Assembly (NCBI GenBank): GCA_964199315.1
Contig: OZ116704.1
Coordinates: forward strand, 28,830,001-28,894,000
From: Orbicella franksi
Lineage: Eukaryota
Length of the DNA: 64,000 nucleotides
Reading direction: 5' to 3'
In this document: positions 59,267 to 64,000 of the stretch, one piece after another
How positions within the stretch are numbered: the stretch's first letter is position 1
Layout: every line of letters starts with the position of its first letter
Position numbers and translations under genes: made by a program
The notes under the pieces: model-generated
The model's input: only the letters and a program-made list of their open reading frames with translations
Told to the model about the DNA's origin: nothing
Database searches by the model: none

Positions 59267-62200
59267 TTAATATTGTTATTACTTGTGGATTGTGGATTGA
59301 ATTTTTCAACAACATGATCTTGTTACTTGTGGATTGTGTTTCTTCTTCCAAAGAACATAAAACATCTCTTTACACTCCTGGAGGTTTGTTTCATCAGCTT
59401 ATTTAGAGGTGTCTTTTGTTAAAAACCACTCACTCGTATACACTCCAACCGGATATAAGCCTTTGTGTATTTATGTCCACCCAAAACCCATTTTGAAGTT
59501 GCATAAGCCCAAAGCTAACAACCGGACTTAAATGTTACTCCTAACCAAAGAGAAAAATTCACAACATCACCTTCATCATAAACCTTACCTTGATTATGGG
59601 CTAAGAGCAAAGCCATGTCACCTTGTTTCTTGCTTATTCCCGACTTCAGTTTAATTTTATCCCTGAAACAAGAATGTGGATTTGTTAACCACAAAAGCAC
59701 AGTAAATGGAACAAGATGAGGCATTTAATTTATCTGGAAGCTCCTAATAAACACTCGTTATTAACTATAATTTTGTTTTCCTGCAACTTGCTGAACTTGA
59801 AAAAGTAACCATTATTCTGAGATTTCAACATCTAAAAATTTTGACAAGACTCTTAAAACATTTTGTAGAATGAACTCTTGAACAACTGCAAAGTTTAAAA
59901 TGGTTATAGTACTGTACGTAATTGTTATCATCTGCTCAGGTTAAACACTGTGGGACACAAGACCTCACACTAAATGTAAAATAATAATAAAACCCAGGGA
60001 AGTGGGTTGTCCTTATGTACCTTATACTGGTGAATGCAAGAAAGCTCTCAGCACATGTTATTGCTTTGTCAACATGCTGAGCCTGGTAAAACAAAGTCCA
60101 AGAAAGTAGTTACAAAATGCATGTCAATCATGTGATGACAGCAACTTTTATACACTACCATTTGTACAAAAATAGGCCATACAATCACAGGAAATGTTCA
60201 ACATAAGATTACTGATTCCTTCATTTCAGTTATGTTTTACAAAAGTAGATCATGTACACATAGCGAGCAGTTTTTAACTTGGAAAATATTTATTAAAAAC
60301 CGTGATTTTACTATATTTTCAGTTTTGTTTCACGACAGCAACTTCTGTAATTTATAGGCCTATTTTTAGCACTTCTGATTTCATGATATCTCAGTTTTAC
60401 TTTACAAAAATAGGCTATGCAATGACAACAGTTTTTAAATGTTATAGATTTCAAAATTTTAGTTTCGTTTACAATGAAATGGTGATCTTAAACAGGATTT
60501 AAATGGTAAAACTGTGTTACAAGCAACAAGCTTACAACAAGTTGATGGCAAAAATATTGTGTTTTGGGTGAAGCAAAGGTTTTAAAACATGTTTCAAAAA
60601 CTCTGGCCAACCATTATGACAGCCACAGATTATGTTAAATAATGAAACTTGTACACAATTATTACACCTTATAAAAATTATGTCTTACAAAAATCACATG
60701 ACACAAAGGATAAATAATTAGTCTATATAGACCCTAACAACAGTTTTTTCCTTAGACTGTGCTGTCAGATTTTATATTTGTTTTAAAATGGTTTCATTTT
60801 CCTTACCATTGTCAATCCTGCACTTCCAATTATATCAAGAGTTTTAACCAATCCATCTTTATTCTTTAAAAGCTATATGTAAAATATGAACAGACAAGTG
60901 TTGCAAATGGCAATGTCCACAGAACCAGTGACTGAGCTATACCAATCCTTCAGACTCGGGCTGAAGGCAAAATTAAATAGGACTTTTCTTAAGATGTTCA
61001 AGAAATCTAATAATTATTAATTGTAGAAAGAATTTCCGTACTATGACTTTTTTATGTATAGAGCAATGTGTTTTGCTATTTTGGCAATTCTACCCAGTAC
61101 GGCTGAGAAAATCCAAGCAAATGTTTGAATTCTTCTTAAAACCCAGGATTGGACCCATTCTGGGCTTTTGATCCTCGAGTTTTGCAGTGTTTTTCTATTC
61201 AAATTGAGATCAGCTGACATTGTCAACACAATAATGAAATGCAAATATATTAATTTATAGGCCTACATGATTATTAAATGACAAAAGAAAACAAAATTCA
61301 TGATTAATGTTCACATTGAGTTAAGTAATACTTTCCCAAACACACAACTACATATACATGTAACCATCGATCCCTGGAATAACTAGGAATTCTTTTCATT
61401 GGGCATTTAAAACATCTCAGAATTTCATCTGTTTCCTGAATTGCATGTGTAGGAAAATAAAACAATATCTACAAGTATGCGCTCACCACATTGTCAGCCA
61501 GTTTGTTAAATGCTGTTTCAACTAAATCCACAGCATCAAAATACTGTTCATCCAAGTATTTTTGCTCAAAGGAGCTGAAAAAAGGACATCAAGTTATAAA
61601 TTGGATTTGCTATTGAGATTTAAGACTGTAAGCAGAAACCAAAATTCCAAGTATTCATGTTGTAAGGATGTGTCTTTGTAAGCAGTTTTTTTTTCTTTTT
61701 TGTTTTTCAATTAAAAAAAGATCATACCTTTTAGAGGGTAGTAGCTTACAATCATATGCCCAGTTTATCCACTGAAAACAACAAAAGAAAGAACATATTT
61801 TTCAACGGTCAGGTAAATGTAAATATCTAAGCATGAAGTCAAGATGGCTGGATATTGGCCGAGTTCATCTTTTGTGTGTTTACAGACTGAGACAGAGTCT
61901 CAGTCCATAGGTTACATGCAAAAAAAGAACGAGGCTAATATCCAGCCAGCCAACAAGTTTGGTCAACAACGATTTATTACATGGAAAATGGGCACTACTT
62001 TCTTGCAGGACACAGCGGGTGATCCTGAGCTGGCAAGATAGTGCCATGTTGCCTGCACATGTAGCCAATCACAGAGCAGGATTCAGCTCATCTCGCCTAC
62101 TCACTGAGCTAGCCATATAATAACTATTTATAATATAATACATTATTTCTTACCTTGTCTTCTTGATAGACTTGACCAAATAGGAATGGCGACAGCAAAT

Positions 62201-64000
62201 AAACCCTCATGACATGGATGTGCTTTTCCCTTTCATCTTTACTCATTTTATACCACATGTCTGCACACTCAGCTACCAGAAGGAAAAAACACAAGGAGGA
62301 TAAATATTGAACAGCAAGCTTGCAAATTCTCAAATATCATTACCAAGTTAGGTGAACAAAAACAGTTTCTAGCACTTTTCACTCGTTATACTTTGATGGA
62401 TCAAAACTACCACTCTTTACTAAGAGATGCTGCAATACTGCCATCACACAAATGCCCAACAAGTTATCGCTATCTTCAAGGCAGAATAGGTTACCATAAT
62501 AACAGTGCACCTTGATAAAAATACCATTATTATTTTCACTGAAGAGCACTTGTAACTCAAAAACAGCTCTGACAAATGATGCCAGACTGCTTGATTCAGG
62601 TGACGAAAAAGAAAACATAATTTCACTATCCAGCCTTATGAATCCTCTCGACAACTCTCATAACCTCTTAACAACGGCCAGTTAGTCAATGACCAGGGCT
62701 GTCATTAAGGGCCATAACCCATAACACCTGTTACAGCTGAGTATACTTGATTTTCTCTTGATGCTACAGGTGCAATTGCCCTTTGTTGATAAAATTCACC
62801 TACAAAGTAACAATTTTGTTGTGGGTGCGGAGAACAAGGCTGCAGGTGACCCAAAACTTAATGACAGCCCTGATGACTGACAAAAGGAGTATACAGCACC
62901 CTTATTTTTTAATATACATGATGTAAATAGGTCATTAAACTTGATCCATACTGAAAATGCTGTTCCTCTCTGTTTCTGTCTTATTGATATATTTTGATCA
63001 TGTGATGTATTTACATGCTACAATAAGCACTTTTTAAAGATAAAATATGATGCACCACCCAAAAGTAAAAGGTGTCATATTACACCCCTATCTCCCTGTA
63101 ACAGCTGCCTCTCTAAAACAACCACTTTCCTCTCCCCCCATGATGGCGGTTGTGGAGAGGTTTGACTGTGGTATGTAATGGCAACATGGCATTTAAGCAT
63201 GCTCTCACCAAAACTAGCTGCTACCTGAAAATAATGGCTTCTTTTTTTCATCTTTGCTTGTACAGTATTTATATTGCATATAATCACTGACTACATGTTG
63301 AAGAGGTTGCTACATTGAAAATTGTACAACACACAAATTCCAAAGGCAAGAACTATACCCTTTAATAAAACAAAGAAAGATGGTAAGATCCTGTAGGCAA
63401 AATAACTCTTACACACTGCAAAAAAATGACCAAGATAGGTGTGAAAATGTATGTTTGACATATAAGGCAGACAAGGAGACTGCCTGTAGTGACTGCTTGC
63501 AATGATTTGAATTGAAATTACAACAAGGGTCATGTAACTCTCAGCTTTCTCTTCTCTCCGTTCCAGCCTCCCGCCCCCCCCTCCCCCCCCCCCCGGGCCC
63601 CTTCGTGCCTGATCGAAGTCGACTCTGACAAAAGTCTGATCAGATGAATTTTGAGCCCTCAATTAAATACAGTGTTACCTGTGAAATAACGTGATTGAGT
63701 AGCTGAATAAGAAAAATAAGACATTGATACCTCAGAACTCATTCCTTGGCATCATCATTACAAGACTTACAACAACCAAAAAACAAAACTAACCGTTGTT
63801 TTTAGCCTTCGGTGCCGGTTTTTCCCTTGCTTTACCTTTGGCTTTAGTCGGAGGCTTTTTGTGGTACTCTTCTTCGCCAGAATCCTTGGTTCAAAGGAAA
63901 AAAATATCTGTGGTTTATAACAGAGCACCGGTGAATAAAAGTGAAAATTATCCGTCTGAAAAAGATGTTACCTCGTCATCCGTGCAATCAACCAAATCTG
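33420..64000 (-). CDS. TTC3: TTC3-like E3 ubiquitin ligase (TPR repeats, Cys-rich domain, coiled coil, C-terminal RING-H2); 5' end lies beyond the window
   Basis: About 49 phase-compatible GT-AG exons: 63972-64000(partial), 63794-63884, 63679-63702, 62154-62272, 61728-61771, 61487-61574, 60807-60872, 60021-60082, 59589-59662, 59327-59397, ~59047-59098 (boundaries uncertain), 58638-58717, 57955-58049, 57287-57349, 56620-56674, 55752-55884, 54433-54508, 53106-53247, 52655-52679, 52139-52166, 51617-51641, 50815-50985, 49588-49653, 49011-49106, 48298-48378, 47064-47173, 46620-46752, 46037-46145, 45581-45690, 44969-45058, 44513-44586, 44149-44276, 43850-43899, 42843-42879, 42579-42628, 42375-42428, 41910-42019, 40673-40924, 39003-40125, 38029-38162, 37682-37747, 37328-37424, 36714-36820, 36404-36488, 35511-35627, 35048-35409, 34737-34854, 34234-34482, 33420-33512. 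TTC3-type motifs: KKEGNEAF..LYGNRSQSF..ALTDGRRAVVLKADWHKAQYRYAQA; RFPEALEYL..WPGSQVIIE; PPRPDAVC..QIYLTDPDYKGYIRLIC..C..FHPVCWKK..DFL..C.TPDC.G; PFAIPAHL; RING-H2. Confidence 0.9.
33909..34085. mobile_element. Short TA-ended MITE (tagaccgttttcac…gtgaacacaatcta) in the last TTC3 intron
   Basis: Inverted ends; duplicated caccaatatggc(c/t)gcc motif. Confidence 0.6.
34234..34482 (-). CDS. TTC3: TTC3-like exon with the first half of RING-H2
   Basis: ORF 33919..34473 core EEDPCVICHEDMNASFDIVTLECGHRYHSA followed by the donor GCG|GTAAGA. Confidence 0.92.
35048..35409 (-). CDS. TTC3: TTC3-like low-complexity (P/Q/A-rich) exon
   Basis: cccag|GTACCA acceptor and AG|GTATTG donor; ends SNSFEKIMLRLSTMYPNFTR, which precedes the LELTGFIKEVR..SLTGLSLEDIV exon typical of TTC3/DZIP3. 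Confidence 0.88.
35857..36160 (+). mobile_element. Helentron-associated (HINE/DINE-like) element: subterminal IR plus 3' branched hairpin
   Basis: subTIR ttagtatcacccaactagtggac (35857-35879) / gtccgactagttgggtgatactaa (36032-36055), then hairpin aacaattagaccc…gggtctaattgtt (36056-36160). Confidence 0.55.
36897..37181. mobile_element. TA-ended MITE family (tagagcggttttca…tgaaaaccgctcta); further copies at 43408-43685, 44667-44812, 57397-57546
   Basis: Inverted termini and shared ccaatc/gattgg and aaaaccaaa motifs across four intronic copies. Confidence 0.75.
39003..40125 (-). CDS. TTC3: TTC3-like large internal exon (1123 nt)
   Basis: ORF 38880..40166; acceptor ttttgtag| at 40126 and donor GAG|GTGAAT at 39002; begins with a GALELADP..GGLRPILEQS motif and ends in coiled coil. 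Confidence 0.9.
40673..40924 (-). CDS. TTC3: TTC3-like exon with PFAIPAHL motif and poly-proline tract
   Basis: ORF 40669..40971; acceptor ttttgtag| and donor TC|GTAAGT; length 252 keeps phase 2. Confidence 0.85.
42155..42275. repeat. 11-bp minisatellite (aacctgtcggt), about 11 degenerate units
   Basis: Directly visible tandem units with no intervening spacers. Confidence 0.85.
43191..43320. other. Assembly gap (N run) within a TTC3 intron; could hide an exon
   Basis: 130 N. Confidence 1.
45789..45833 (+). ncRNA. Minimal type I hammerhead ribozyme motif in a retrozyme-like repeat (slightly degenerate)
   Basis: Stem I UGACU/AGUCA; CUGAAGA plus an extra U; stem II GAC..GUC; GAAA; stem III AUGU instead of ACGU (CpG-type change); GUC cleavage site (after 45828). 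Confidence 0.65.
47313..48115 (+). mobile_element. Two related HINE-like copies with another repeat between them
   Basis: agttttagta(t/c)aaatctactag…ctagtagatttatact subTIR followed by an aacaattagatta…taatctaattgtt hairpin (complete in 47810-48115, truncated in 47313-~47530). Confidence 0.5.
49717..50000. mobile_element. Penelope-like/retrozyme insertion with inverted (palindromic) terminal repeat
   Basis: 113-bp arms 49717-49829 and 49847-49959 with one mismatch noticed (49776), a 41-nt tail, and a 12-bp direct repeat taaagtaaattt at 49705-49716 and 50001-50012. Confidence 0.75.
49864..49907 (+). ncRNA. Minimal type I hammerhead ribozyme motif (Penelope/retrozyme type, dimer-dependent stem III)
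   Basis: Stem I AUCGC/GUGAU; CUGAAGA plus an extra A; stem II GACU-agcaguaagc-AGUC; GAAA; palindromic ACGU stem III; GUC cleavage site (after 49902). Confidence 0.75.
51800..52060 (+). mobile_element. SINE body/3' fragment (second fragment ~52320-52445; another at ~41270-41345)
   Basis: Repeated ggagtatttctac…ccctggatgggatgctag…agggttaccc and gtgtcttgcccaa(a/g)a..caacacaat motifs, the latter resembling the CORE/MIR-type segment. Confidence 0.55.
53546..54332. mobile_element. TTAA-flanked foldback MITE with ~290-bp inverted arms; truncated copy at ~3407-3530
   Basis: ttaa|agtgca…tgcact|ttaa termini; arms are reverse complements over about 290 bp. TTAA plus a purine start suggests Kolobok- or piggyBac-like origin (inference). 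Confidence 0.85.
54745..55387. mobile_element. TTAA-flanked non-autonomous element
   Basis: ttaa|ggtgattcc…ggaataacc|ttaa termini. Confidence 0.7.
56968..57013 (+). ncRNA. Type I hammerhead ribozyme motif (canonical core)
   Basis: Stem I GGUCU/AGACU; CUGAUGA; stem II GUCU-cuuggcca-AGAC; GAAA; stem III AC-gcugu-GU; cleavage triplet GUC (cut after 57008). Confidence 0.85.
59115..59270. repeat. Two (TAA)n microsatellite tracts
   Basis: Direct observation (~59115-59162 and ~59227-59265). Confidence 0.9.

Noticed and set aside
61095-61215. Candidate exon in ORF 61041..61244
   Set aside because: Its phase is incompatible with the phase-0 neighbours and it shows no recognisable homology.

Overview
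Eukaryotic, AT-rich, intron- and repeat-dense genomic window, most consistent with an anthozoan (stony-coral-like) genome; the taxon is inferred from repeat content only. Three host genes lie on the minus strand: (1) the 5' part of a Mask-type (ANKHD1/ANKRD17-like) multi-ankyrin gene (ATG at 12445, seven exons traced to 354, running off the window start); (2) an intronless Van Gogh/Strabismus (VANGL) CDS at 29039-30535; (3) a TTC3-like TPR/coiled-coil/RING-H2 E3 ligase with about 49 exons traced from 64000 to the stop at 33420, including four 24-28 nt microexons. A structurally complete 2.9-kb hAT transposon (TIRs, 8-bp TSD, CGGBP-like zinc finger plus DDE transposase ORF) sits at 19959-22897. 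Many MITEs, SINEs and Helentron/HINE-like elements are present, some nested. The most unusual signal is a set of type I hammerhead ribozyme motifs from three unrelated retrozyme/Penelope-like insertions inside TTC3 introns (45789-45833, 49864-49907, 56968-57013). One belongs to a near-perfect 243-bp palindrome with a 12-bp TSD. All core-intact copies lie antisense to the host pre-mRNA, and the only sense-strand copy carries a stem III mutation. Two assembly gaps (19349-19483, 43191-43320). All gene models and RNA folds were derived by eye, without database searches.
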